From an uncultured delta proteobacterium (GTDB lineage Bacteria; Desulfobacterota; Desulfobacteria; Desulfobacterales; SG8-13): a stretch of DNA of 64,000 nt. The stretch lies in the NCBI GenBank assembly GCA_963848135.1, contig CAWKCK010000018.1, forward strand, positions 76,938 to 140,937. The letters are read 5' to 3'. The first letter of the stretch is position 1; every line of letters starts with the position of its first letter. The notes under the pieces are model-generated. The model saw only the letters and a list, made by a program, of their open reading frames with translations. It ran no database searches and was not told the origin of the DNA. Positions 47,900-61,142 of this stretch are shown piece after piece. The translations under genes and the position numbers were made by a program.

Positions 47900-49041
47900 A
47901 TGACCTTTAGCTGGTTCAGGAAAAACCGATCTAAAACAAGTGCTGAGGAAGCCGTAGGTAATAGTGCGGCGGCATCACCGACGGATGTTCAACCTACCGG
48001 TGCTGAGGCTGGTGGTGATGATCCATTATCGAATCCGCCACCAACACGCGATCAACCATGAAACCTCCGTTGGTTCAACTACCCCGGCAACAGGTCGACG
48101 AAGGGGCTTCAATCTCCACCGAAACCTTCGATTCCTCAAAATCTTTTTTCGGCCGCTTGCGCCGTGGGTTGTCAAAAACCCGGAAACTGCTCACCTCCGA
48201 TCTTGACGAATTGTTTGCAGAAAAAAAGAAAATCGACCATGCGATGCTGGAAGAAATTGAGGGAATCCTTATCACTGCTGATATCGGCGTTCAGACGACA
48301 ATGGAACTGATGGAGAATGTCTCTGCTAAGGCATCTAAGATCGCAAATGCCGCGACACTCAAAGCGGTGTTAAAAGAAGAGATACTTTCCTTCTTAAAGG
48401 TACAAGAACCGCTCCGGCAGTCAGCCGTATTCAAACCCAAAGTGATTATGGTCGTAGGGGTCAATGGCGTCGGTAAAACCACCACCATCGGCAAGCTTGC
48501 CGCTCGTTACCGGGCTGACGGCCAGAAAGTATTGATTGCCGCGGCAGATACTTTTAGGGCTGCAGCAATCGAGCAACTTGCCGTATGGGCGGAACGATCC
48601 GGGGCAGAAATCGTCAAGCACAAGGATGGTGCAGATCCGGCCGCCGTTGCCTATGACGCTGTCGAGGCCGCACGTGCCAGAGAAGCAGATATCGTCCTGG
48701 TTGATACTGCCGGCAGACTCCACACAAAAATCAACTTGATGGAGGAACTCAAAAAAATAAAGCGCTCCATCTCCAAAATACTTCCGAATGCCCCCCATGA
48801 AGTCCTCTTGGTTCTCGATGCCACCACAGGCCAAAACGCGCTTTCCCAAGCCGAGACATTTAACCAATCCCTTGAGGTTACGGGAATCGCCCTCACCAAA
48901 CTGGACGGAACCGCGAAAGGGGGTATCGTGGTCAGTATATACAATAATTTGAACATTCCACTGCAATATATCGGTGTCGGTGAAAAAATAAATGACTTGC
49001 AGGACTTCGAGCCACGGCAGTACGTCGACGCACTCTTTTGA
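47900..49041 (+). CDS. ftsY: SRP receptor FtsY; N-terminal region (47900-48061) is in a different frame from the NG domain ORF (48058-49041)
   Basis: GVNGVGKTTT, DTFRAAA, DTAGR, TKLDGTAKGG; upstream MTFSWFRK peptide ends at an ATGA overlap. Confidence 0.9.
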
Positions 49042-49387
49042 CTCGTGTCACATGTCACAATGGATCAGGAGACCATTCGGCCTTAGTACCCGGCGATAGG
49101 AGGAATTTACACCTGCAGGACGTTTCGATAGCAGGCCGGCATTGTCGCCGCCAGCCTGTCAAAGGCGCTAACAATTTAGACAGACTATATTCCCAGAAGG
49201 ATCGGCCCATTCGACAGCCGGTTTTTACCGACCTGTTACTTCAATCTCGCAAATAACGTTTAAAATCACAGTTTTCTGTTGACATAAAATCTATCCTTTT
49301 ATAAGGACAATCCACCTGTAATGGGCATTCCGCGGTCAGTCGGGCCGGAATGGATAATCATTTAATCTAAGAAGGGGGAAACGTGTT

Positions 49388-49660
49388 ATGACAAAAGCAG
49401 AATTGATAGACCAAGCAGCGGAAGATGCCGGAATCTCAAAAGCTGCGGCCGCCGCCGCGCTCAGTTCCCTGCTGGATGGCATCACAAAGGCATTGAAGAA
49501 AAAGGACGGCAAGGTGACATTGGTAGGCTTTGGAACGTTTGCCAAGGTTCGCCGCAAGGCGCGCAAAGGCCGTAACCCTCAAACTGGTGAATCGATTAAA
49601 ATCAAGGCTTCAAACGTCGTTAAATTTCGCCCCGGGAAAAAATTGCGCGACAGCATTTAG
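49388..49660 (+). CDS. hup: HU family DNA-binding protein
   Basis: MTKAELI, LVGFGTF, GRNPQTGE. Confidence 0.95.
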   Translation: MTKAELIDQAAEDAGISKAAAAAALSSLLDGITKALKKKDGKVTLVGFGTFAKVRRKARKGRNPQTGESIKIKASNVVKFRPGKKLRDSI

Positions 49661-49796
49661 GAACCATCAGATAAATATTGTGACTATGGCGCTGTTATGA
49701 ACCGGCTCAAAATGCTCACATAAGGCATGTACGCTCCGCTTTTGTGCCGTTTCGTGCCTTGTCATAAATCCTAATCCTTATTTTTTTGACAGGTTC
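49661..49796. mobile_element. MITE-like element with imperfect terminal inverted repeats and TAG target duplication
   Basis: TAG|GAACC-ATCAGATAAATA ... TATTTTTTTGACAGGTTC|TAG; 136 bp, non-coding, internally palindromic. Confidence 0.65.
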
Positions 49797-49799
49797 TAG

Positions 49800-49900
49800 T
49801 ATACCGCTTTTAAAAACTATTCCGAACTATGGAAGAGCGGGAGAAGTGATTGTAGAAAAAAAACGCTCGAATAACGGAACGATTTTTGACGACCACTTTA
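49800..49900. repeat. MITE-like dispersed repeat, copy 2
   Basis: Homologous to 5119-5221. Confidence 0.7.
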
Positions 49901-49917
49901 AGTCATGGACATTCCTT

Positions 49918-49956
49918 AGGCGGTTTATTGGGCCCGGCCGATAAACCGCCTTTTTT
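49918..49956 (+). terminator. Rho-independent terminator
   Basis: AGGCGGTTTAT..ATAAACCGCCT stem followed by T-run. Confidence 0.75.
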
Positions 49957-50035
49957 CCACGCTGGTGTAAATCAATGTGGATTGGTGAACAGATAGGGCG
50001 TATTCTGCTTTACTTATTTTGCAGCGGCTGACAAA

Positions 50036-53173
<3,138 letters not shown>

Positions 53174-53235
53174 ATGCGGTACGCTATAGGGTAAACCGTT
53201 TTTTTACGCGCCTCTCAAGCTCGTTGGATAAACTT

Positions 53236-53490
53236 TCAGGAAGGCCTGGACAGTGCTAACAGTTCTTCTTTTAATTCATCGATTATATCGTAAACCCACA
53301 GAAGATCCTCGACACTCAATCGCCCGGCTTTAACCGGGGCGCGTTGGCTACCGTCTTTTTTAAGCAGTATCCGAGGGCCGATCTGTATCTTTGGTTCTCC
53401 ATCGCCGTAACGGTTGATCGAGATTACCAGCCCAGTTTCATCACATCGCCATTGTTTCAACACCTTGTCCTTTTCAGGTTCGTACGGCAT
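53236..53490 (-). CDS. Small hypothetical protein
   Basis: GGAGG RBS; compact ORF in operon orientation. Confidence 0.7.
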   Translation of the reverse strand: MPYEPEKDKVLKQWRCDETGLVISINRYGDGEPKIQIGPRILLKKDGSQRAPVKAGRLSVEDLLWVYDIIDELKEELLALSRPS

Positions 53491-53552
53491 ATCGTTCCTC
53501 CCGTATTGCTATTGATTTATAATCCCTTTTAATATTCACAGAAGATTCAGGT

Positions 53553-53587
53553 AAAAATCCCCCGCACCCAATGATCGGAGCGGGGGA
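53553..53587 (-). terminator. Rho-independent terminator after glyS
   Basis: TCCCCCGC..GCGGGGGA stem followed by T5 on the minus strand. Confidence 0.7.
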
Positions 53588-53673
53588 ATGCAAACGGCTG
53601 ACGCTACAGCCAACCCACAATGTGGTCAGCGAACGCGTCATACGAATCGTCAGATAGGCAAATGGTTGACAAC

Positions 53674-55776
53674 CTAGATAGAGATCTTCGAAAAATCGGC
53701 CAGTTTTTCGTAAAGTTTGGCAATACCACCGAGCAGGGCCAGCCGATTTTCGCGAATACCGTGATTGTCCGTCATCACCATCACCCCGTCAAAAAAAGCA
53801 TCGACGCTGCCCCGCAAGGCAGCAATGTCGCGCAGGGCTTGGTCGAATTGACTGCGGCCGACCGCCGCCGAAACTTTTTGCTCGGCTTCCTTGAGAGCAT
53901 CAAAAAGCGCCTTCTCACTGTCGTGCTCGAAAAGTCCGCTATCGATCGTTTGAGGCTGAACGTCTACCGGCGACCGGCCGGATTTTTTAATGATATTTCC
54001 CACCCGTTTGAATGCAGCGGCCAGAGGTTCAAAATCCGGCTGCGCTTTCAATGCTTCCAGCGCCGCGACCCGACGCCACAGATCAGGGATATTGTTACTG
54101 GATACATCGACGACAGCAGCAATCACGTCTTTCGAATATCCCTCTTCAGCCATGAGATGAGCGATACGGTTTTTGATGAAAACATAAACATCCTCTGATA
54201 GAGCGCTTATTGCCGGCGCACTTTGGGTCGTGAACAACGCCAAGCTGGAGCGGATCATGTCGATCAACGAAAACGTAAATCCATTCACTTTCATAATCTG
54301 GACAATGCCGATCCCCTGGCGTCGCAGAGCGTATGGATCAGATGCGCCGGTTGGCACCAACCCGACGCTGAAACATCCGCAAATGGAGTCGATCTTGTCG
54401 GCTATGCCGAGAATTGCCCCAAGGGTTGTCTCCGGCAATGGCGCTCCCGAGTATACCGGGCGGTAATGCTCCTCAACTGCAGCCGCAACAGCGGCAGGTT
54501 CCCCGGATTCGGCAGCGTAAATCCTGCCCATTACACCTTGGAGCTTCGGGAATTCACCCACCACTTGACTGACAAGGTCAGATTTGCACAACCAAGCCGC
54601 CCGAACCGCTTGACTTTTCAGTTCAAGAATACCGGGGTCGCTGGCCCCAATAACGTCTGTCAGATAAGTGACGATTTTAGCCACCCGCTCTGTCTTATCA
54701 TACATCGTGCCGAGTTGGGCCTGAAACAAGACACCCTTGAGTTTATCTATCCTTTGGTCATTGGGCACATCCAAATCGCCACGATAGAAAAACTTTGCAT
54801 CCGCCAACCGGGCGCGGATCACCCGTTCATGGCCACTGGCCACCAAAGACATATCCCTGGCTTTGGTGTTGTTAACCGATATAAAACAGGGCATCAAGCG
54901 TTTGTTCTCGTCGAGGACCGAAAAGTACTTCTGATGCTCGCGCATGGCATTTATCAGGACCTCGTCAGGAACTTCAAGAAAGTCCTCATCGAATTTACCA
55001 ACAACCGCCACAGGGTACTCGACAAGGTTGTTGTTGATATCCTCCAGGTCAGGATCGGGAAGTATATGGCCGCCAAGATCTATAGCCATTTTACCAACTT
55101 CATCCTGCAGTACCTTTTTGCGTTCATCAATATCGGCCAGCACGTTTGCGGTACGCAGAACCTCTAAGTAATCGTCGGCATCTTCAATCTTGATGCGGCC
55201 CGGATTCATGAAATAATGGCCATTGGTATACCGCCCACTCTTCAAGGGCCCCAGTTGGACCTGAATGACACTTTTCCCAAACAGGACGACAAAAGAGTGG
55301 ATCGGTCGTGCAAATTGGATGTCGAGATCGGCCCAGCGCATCTTTTTGGGGAAAGGCGTGGCCAGTATAATATCCGGCAGGATTTTCTTCAGCAACATCC
55401 TCGTTGCTAAGGCTCGCTCTGTCTTCTCAACGAACAGGTAGGCCCCTTTATCTGTTTCTTTGGTTCCTATCCGGCCGATGGCGACGCCGACCTTTTCAGC
55501 GAATTTGCGGGCGGCCATGGTTGGCTGCCCAGCAGAGTCATAACTGATGGACACCGGTGGGCCAATGATCTCTGATTTGGCTGCTCTTTGACGGGCAGCG
55601 ACATGCTCGACCTTAACGGCCAATCTGCGCGGCGTTCCGTATGTGATTACTTCGCCGTGATCGATACGGGCATCAGTTAGTTTTTGCCGAATATTCGAAG
55701 CCAGCGCTTCCAAGGCCGGTTTGATATAGCCAGCCGGAATTTCTTCAGATCCTATCTCTATCAATAATGTTTCCAT
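53674..55776 (-). CDS. glyS: Glycine-tRNA ligase beta subunit
   Basis: LLIEIGSEEIP, TPRRL, EFPKLQG.MG, GASDPYALRR, NRLALL. Confidence 0.97.
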   Translation of the reverse strand: METLLIEIGSEEIPAGYIKPALEALASNIRQKLTDARIDHGEVITYGTPRRLAVKVEHVAARQRAAKSEIIGPPVSISYDSAGQPTMAARKFAEKVGVAIGRIGTKETDKGAYLFVEKTERALATRMLLKKILPDIILATPFPKKMRWADLDIQFARPIHSFVVLFGKSVIQVQLGPLKSGRYTNGHYFMNPGRIKIEDADDYLEVLRTANVLADIDERKKVLQDEVGKMAIDLGGHILPDPDLEDINNNLVEYPVAVVGKFDEDFLEVPDEVLINAMREHQKYFSVLDENKRLMPCFISVNNTKARDMSLVASGHERVIRARLADAKFFYRGDLDVPNDQRIDKLKGVLFQAQLGTMYDKTERVAKIVTYLTDVIGASDPGILELKSQAVRAAWLCKSDLVSQVVGEFPKLQGVMGRIYAAESGEPAAVAAAVEEHYRPVYSGAPLPETTLGAILGIADKIDSICGCFSVGLVPTGASDPYALRRQGIGIVQIMKVNGFTFSLIDMIRSSLALFTTQSAPAISALSEDVYVFIKNRIAHLMAEEGYSKDVIAAVVDVSSNNIPDLWRRVAALEALKAQPDFEPLAAAFKRVGNIIKKSGRSPVDVQPQTIDSGLFEHDSEKALFDALKEAEQKVSAAVGRSQFDQALRDIAALRGSVDAFFDGVMVMTDNHGIRENRLALLGGIAKLYEKLADFSKISI

Positions 55777-55893
55777 GATCACCTCTGTTCCGATTAATTC
55801 ATTGCCGTACTATTGCGGTACTCCTCAGTCGCTGCTTAGGAGGGGTTATATATACGACCGGTAGCGTGGTGGAAACCCCGTCCGGATACGATT

Positions 55894-56763
55894 TTACCTA
55901 TTTAACAAGGGGAAACCCTTCTCTTCGCGCTGATTCAGGTAGGCCTCAGCACTGACACGCGCCAGATTTCGAATGCGACCGATATAACCGGTGCGCTCCG
56001 TAACGCTGATCGCTCCCCTTGCATCGAGGAGGTTGAAGGTATGGGAACACTTGAGGCAGTATTCGTAGGCCGGCAATACAAGTCCGACGGCAATCTGCGC
56101 CAAAGATTCAGCCTCGTACTTGTTGAACAGGTCAAATAGAGCGGTGACATCGGCCTTTTCAAAATTATAGGTCGACTGTTCCACTTCCTGCTGGTGATGA
56201 ACATCGCCGTACGACACCTTGTCGTTCCATTTCAAATCGTAAACATTGTTGACTCCTTGAAGATACATGGCAATTCGTTCCAGGCCGTATGTTAACTCTA
56301 CGGATATCGGCTTTAATTCGATGCTACCGGCGAGTTGAAAATAAGTAAATTGCGTAATCTCCATTCCGTCAAGCCAGACCTCCCACCCCAACCCTGAAGC
56401 ACCGAGAGTCGGCGACTCCCAATCGTCTTCGACAAACCGAATGTCGTGATCGAGGGGATCGACACCTAAAACTTTCAAACTGTCCAGATACAACTTCTGG
56501 ACATCGTAGGGTGACGGTTTCAGAATCACCTGGTATTGATAATAGTGCTGCAGGCGGTTTGGGTTGTCCCCGTAACGGCCATCGGTTGGTCGCCGTGAAG
56601 GCTGTACATAAGCAACATTCCAGGGTTCGGGTCCCAGAGCCTTCAACAACGTTGTCGGGTGAAAGGTTCCAGCCCCGACTTCCATGTCATACGGCTGGGC
56701 CATAACACAGCCCTTGCGGGCCCAGAATTTATTCAACTCAAGAATGACATTTTGAAAATTCAT
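55894..56763 (-). CDS. glyQ: Glycine-tRNA ligase alpha subunit
   Basis: [33 protein letters not shown]. Confidence 0.98.
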   Translation of the reverse strand: MNFQNVILELNKFWARKGCVMAQPYDMEVGAGTFHPTTLLKALGPEPWNVAYVQPSRRPTDGRYGDNPNRLQHYYQYQVILKPSPYDVQKLYLDSLKVLGVDPLDHDIRFVEDDWESPTLGASGLGWEVWLDGMEITQFTYFQLAGSIELKPISVELTYGLERIAMYLQGVNNVYDLKWNDKVSYGDVHHQQEVEQSTYNFEKADVTALFDLFNKYEAESLAQIAVGLVLPAYEYCLKCSHTFNLLDARGAISVTERTGYIGRIRNLARVSAEAYLNQREEKGFPLLNR

Positions 56764-56837
56764 TGTTCGCCTCTCGTAATTTATATCAGCTCACACACCT
56801 GCCAAATGGCCGTCCGTACCAGTCGTTCCTGTCCTGC

Positions 56838-57896
56838 TTAATGTTTCACGAGACCTTGCGTGTCTATGCCGAAATCGAGCAGACAGGCTTCTGATCTTGC
56901 GGACAGAATTTCTCTCCACACCGGTCTGAGCCGCTGAATACTGCCGGTCTCACCCAATGCCCAAAGGCATCCACCGCCGCCGGCACCAGTGAAGCGCGAG
57001 CCGCAATCATTCGCTCGGGCGGCATCCACCAGCTTTACACCTATTTCGTCCAATACGTCGGGAGTCATTTCGCGGCGCAAATCCGTTTCGCGGTTCATGG
57101 CAACGGCAGCCTCTTTATAATTACAACCTTTCAGAGCGTCAATAAACTTTTTGGTCAGGTCCACTATTTCATGCCAGTGAGATCGGTATTCACCGGTGAG
57201 AAATTGCCGCACCCACCGCCCGTTGACGTCTTTCGAAGCATGGGGCACTCCACAATAGGCCACTAATATATTTCGCCTAAATTTACCAACTTCGTGCTTT
57301 TTGTAAAGGAGGGTTTTCTTGCAATCGAATCCTGATAGTTTCGGTTGCCAATACCAGGCATTCACACCGCCAAAAGCCGCAGCGAGATGGTCTTGGCGGC
57401 CGCAGGGAACACCGGCGACACTCTCCTCGATTCGATGGGACAAAAAAGCAATATGGCGCCGAATGGTGGGGGTCAAAACCAGATTTCCTGAGGCGATCAA
57501 ATAAGCCGCAGCCACCGCGACCGACGCGGCGGAAGACCCCCCGAGAGCACTGCGCGGTGGAGACTCTGATTCAATGATCACATGGGTGCCATCGGCCTGG
57601 AAGTATGCAGCGATGGCAAACATAAGGCCAAGAGGATGTTTGAAAGGCGCCTGATCGATGGGAAACTCGGCGCTTTCAAAACCTTTAGAGCTCACTTTTA
57701 TCATTCCGGCACTATAAGGCCGGAGTTTGACTGTGGTCCTGATGTCGACGGCAATGTTGACGGTGCAGGGTAACAGGTGCCTCAAGGGATTATAAAATGT
57801 GCCCAGGTCTAATGTCCCGCCCATATCGATTCGGCAAGGAACCGATGTTTGAACCATAGTTTTCTTAAGGCTGTCGTGTAAATTTCTGGCCGCCAC
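56838..57896 (-). CDS. GHMP family sugar kinase (HddA-like)
   Basis: PCRIDMGG, PPRSALGGSSA, GRQD, GAGGGG. Confidence 0.82.
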   Translation of the reverse strand: MAARNLHDSLKKTMVQTSVPCRIDMGGTLDLGTFYNPLRHLLPCTVNIAVDIRTTVKLRPYSAGMIKVSSKGFESAEFPIDQAPFKHPLGLMFAIAAYFQADGTHVIIESESPPRSALGGSSAASVAVAAAYLIASGNLVLTPTIRRHIAFLSHRIEESVAGVPCGRQDHLAAAFGGVNAWYWQPKLSGFDCKKTLLYKKHEVGKFRRNILVAYCGVPHASKDVNGRWVRQFLTGEYRSHWHEIVDLTKKFIDALKGCNYKEAAVAMNRETDLRREMTPDVLDEIGVKLVDAARANDCGSRFTGAGGGGCLWALGETGSIQRLRPVWREILSARSEACLLDFGIDTQGLVKH

Positions 57897-57920
57897 TATA
57901 TGTCGCCTTTCGTCCGAAAG

Positions 57921-58688
57921 TTATTTACCTCTGACCTGCTGTAAAAATTTTAAGCTGCGTGGTTCTTTTCCGAACTGGTAAGGGACAAACGCCTCGAGCA
58001 CTCTCAGGCTTTCCCGGATGGCTGCTCCCGAGAGTCGGACGCGCCCGGCTTTGGAAAGTCCGCCGGTTTCAATCCAGTGCAATTGCTTGAGCGTACTTTT
58101 CGACATGATCAGCCTTCCTGAATTTGTCACCACGCAATCCGGGCAAACAAGACCGCCACGGGACAGATCGAACTGATACTCTCTGGCGTCGACTTCTTCC
58201 ACCTTTCGGCAGCAATCTTGGCAGCTCCGCAAGTTCGGACGATAACCGGATACAAGCAACAGCCGGATCTGAAATAGAACACTTAACGCCTCGGGTGATA
58301 TTTGCTTTTGATCGAGCCGACGAAGTGTAAATTGCAGCAAATGGTAGAGTTGCGGTTGCTGTTGACCTTCTTCGGTCGATGTCTCAATCAATTCGGCCCA
58401 GTAGCTGGCATAAGCCGTGCGCATGATATCTGACCGAATGCCGGAGAAAGCGTTTTTTAAAACAGCTTCCTGCAGAAACGGAAGGCCATTGCGTCGAGAG
58501 AGGGTGCAAACAATATCAAGCGTTGTGAAAAGTTCTAAAATGCCCCCAAACCGTTTTGTACTTTTCCTGGCAGCTTTCGCAATCGCCGAAAGCTTGCCTT
58601 TTTCCAATGTATAAAATGACAGGATAAGGTCAAAATCACCATACTCTACCCGTCGCAATATGATGGCGGGAGTTGTCAAACTCGACAT
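57921..58688 (-). CDS. recO: DNA repair protein RecO
   Basis: AIILR..YGDFD, AKAARKS.KRFGG.LE, CxxC...CxxC. Confidence 0.92.
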   Translation of the reverse strand: MSSLTTPAIILRRVEYGDFDLILSFYTLEKGKLSAIAKAARKSTKRFGGILELFTTLDIVCTLSRRNGLPFLQEAVLKNAFSGIRSDIMRTAYASYWAELIETSTEEGQQQPQLYHLLQFTLRRLDQKQISPEALSVLFQIRLLLVSGYRPNLRSCQDCCRKVEEVDAREYQFDLSRGGLVCPDCVVTNSGRLIMSKSTLKQLHWIETGGLSKAGRVRLSGAAIRESLRVLEAFVPYQFGKEPRSLKFLQQVRGK

Positions 58689-58777
58689 ACCGCTTACCCG
58701 GATTCATTTTTGAGCTTCATGCGGAACCCCCATTGCGGGCGGCACAAGGCAAAAGGGTTCGCCACGCCTCAAACTTG

Positions 58778-60133
58778 CTAGAGATTGAGTAAAGTCGTGG
58801 AGATATAGAAGTAAAACAAGACACTGATGATGTCCATCGACGTCGTAACAAAGGGCCCAGTAGCCACTGCCGGATCAACGTTAACCCTGGCAAATGCCAT
58901 CGGCACGAAGGAGCCCACCAGAGCGGCGATGGCCATCGATGCGACCACTGCCATACCGACCGACAAGGCCAACATGTCGACCCGATAGCTGAAATGGGCC
59001 ACAAACCCAATAATGGTCCCGTAAATCACGCCAAGTATGAAGCCGACAACCAATTCTTTTAGGACCACCGATCCGATTTCAGCGATCGAAATCCGGCCGG
59101 TAGCCAGGCCTCGGACAACGATAGTAGAGGATTGAGTGCCGATGTTACCACCCATACCCATGATAATCGGAATGAAAGCCGCGAGATAAACGAATTTGTT
59201 CAGACTGTCTTCAAATTGATTGATAATATAGACGGCAAGAATTCCTCCAATACAGCTGGCAAACAACCAGGGCAATCGAATCCTGGTGCTCTTCAATATC
59301 GATTTGGTCTCTACGAACTCCTCGCCAACACCGGCCATTCTCAAAATATCTTCAGTCGCCTCACGCCGAAAAATGTCGATCACGTCGTCCACGGTGACAA
59401 TTCCCATCAATTTATTGGATTCATCGACGACAGGAACCGCAAGGATATCATATCGGGCGACAATTTTTGCAACTTCTTCCTGATCCATTTCGGTTCGGAC
59501 AGAAACCACATCGGTGGTCATAAAGGATTTTAAAGGTGTTTCGGGCGGTGTTACCACAAGCTGTCGCAAGGAACTGACACCCACCAGCTTGCCGTATTCA
59601 TCGACGACATAAAGGTAGAAGGGCATCTCGACGGCAACATACTCCTTCTGCAAGGAGGAAATGGCTTCTTTTGCGGTGGTTTCCTGGCTCAAGGCGATGA
59701 AATCCGGCACCATGATGCCACCAGCCGTATCGTCTTCGTAGCGCAGCAAACCTTCAAGTTGATCCACACCCTCTTTTTTCATAATTTTGAGGATGGCATC
59801 GGACGTCTCTTCCGGAAGCTTCCCCAATAAATCGGCCACATCATCCGCGGACATCGATTCAAAAATGATCACGATGTCTTCGGTTTTAATCTTTCCAATA
59901 AGTTCGAGAAAGAGATCTTCATCCAGCTCGGAAAAAAGGTCGCCTTTCTTTTCAGGGTCCTTTATCATGCCAAAAAGACGGTACCGATCCGGCGGCGACA
60001 GATTGCGAAAGACCACTGAAAGATCCGCTGCATGGGATCTGTTGACAATGTTTTTGAGGTGGGTAACAGCACCGCGACGCAGTAAACGTTTGACGCTGTC
60101 AACCAGTATCGTGTTGTTCAGTTCAACCCGCAT
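58778..60133 (-). CDS. mgtE: Magnesium transporter MgtE
   Basis: TAGGIM, CBS pair, RLPWL, GGNIGTQ, DPAVATGPFVTT. Confidence 0.95.
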   Translation of the reverse strand: MRVELNNTILVDSVKRLLRRGAVTHLKNIVNRSHAADLSVVFRNLSPPDRYRLFGMIKDPEKKGDLFSELDEDLFLELIGKIKTEDIVIIFESMSADDVADLLGKLPEETSDAILKIMKKEGVDQLEGLLRYEDDTAGGIMVPDFIALSQETTAKEAISSLQKEYVAVEMPFYLYVVDEYGKLVGVSSLRQLVVTPPETPLKSFMTTDVVSVRTEMDQEEVAKIVARYDILAVPVVDESNKLMGIVTVDDVIDIFRREATEDILRMAGVGEEFVETKSILKSTRIRLPWLFASCIGGILAVYIINQFEDSLNKFVYLAAFIPIIMGMGGNIGTQSSTIVVRGLATGRISIAEIGSVVLKELVVGFILGVIYGTIIGFVAHFSYRVDMLALSVGMAVVASMAIAALVGSFVPMAFARVNVDPAVATGPFVTTSMDIISVLFYFYISTTLLNL

Positions 60134-60211
60134 GGCTACTCGTAAAACGACAATTTAAACAGTTTGTTTTTATGGTCCGCAACCCGGTTTGCACCCTATC
60201 AGACAGGATGC

Positions 60212-61090
60212 TTAGGGAAGTTCAATCTTGACGACTTGCCCGCTTTTTCCCGGTAAATCCAAAAGTTTACCGTTAAGGTGGAGTTTGATTCCTGCGGCAT
60301 TGCCGACGAGCAAAGTGTAGCTTTCGGCCGCCTCCAGTTCAATCTGATCGCCGGGAAATAGATTGTATTCTTTGGGTTCCTGGTTGTCGACAGTGATTTT
60401 CATCCAGGTTTCTTCGATTGTATTGATTTTCAAACGGTAACCGGAAATCGGTGTTTGGTTGGCAGAACCATCCCCTGGCGCTATTGGCGATTCGGTTGCC
60501 GGCGGGTCTTTAGCGACGATGTCGGCCGATTCAGTTGTTGCCGCCAAGCCCGCTTTCTGCGGTGGATCGTCGACTACTGGAACGGTCTCATTCTTCGATG
60601 GTGTCTCTTGAATCTGTGTGTTTTTTTTTAATGAGGATTCCGCCGGAGCCGGTTCGGCAATCGCGATGGACGCCTCCTCAGTTTGTGCCTGTTTTTCGCG
60701 CCATATCGAAACAGCATATAAAGTGGCGACAATGAGGCACAAGAGAGCACCGATAGACAACACAAAGCGCCGCCAGAAAGAAACCCCTTCTGACTTTTTC
60801 AAGTCCAACTCCGAAGTGGTGATTTTCTGCATGACCTCAAGGCGGGCGATATACCGACGCACGGCCTCGTCGCCGTCGGCACCGATAGCCTTGGCATAGG
60901 CTCTCAAAAAACCTTTGACGAAAACGATATCGGGTAGATGCGCATGATCTTCTTCTTCGATATGAACCAGCGTTTCCGGCCGAATCCGGGTTTCCGTTGA
61001 CACATCCCCAAGCCGTATTCCTTTCTCGATTCGAATCGACTGAAGATAGCGTCCAAAGGATAGAGATGTTTTTTCCGTTTCTATGGTCAT
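60212..61090 (-). CDS. rodZ: RodZ-like HTH/DUF4115 protein
   Basis: HTH with FVKGFLRAYA, single TM helix, C-terminal VGNAAGI..NG. Confidence 0.82.
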   Translation of the reverse strand: MTIETEKTSLSFGRYLQSIRIEKGIRLGDVSTETRIRPETLVHIEEEDHAHLPDIVFVKGFLRAYAKAIGADGDEAVRRYIARLEVMQKITTSELDLKKSEGVSFWRRFVLSIGALLCLIVATLYAVSIWREKQAQTEEASIAIAEPAPAESSLKKNTQIQETPSKNETVPVVDDPPQKAGLAATTESADIVAKDPPATESPIAPGDGSANQTPISGYRLKINTIEETWMKITVDNQEPKEYNLFPGDQIELEAAESYTLLVGNAAGIKLHLNGKLLDLPGKSGQVVKIELP

Positions 61091-61142
61091 TTCCCCCCGC
61101 TTTGTCCATCGCTAAACGCAATTTCCCGCCGGAACCGACGCT

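Noticed and set aside
54223..55167. 314-aa plus-strand ORF
   Set aside because: Antisense shadow of glyS
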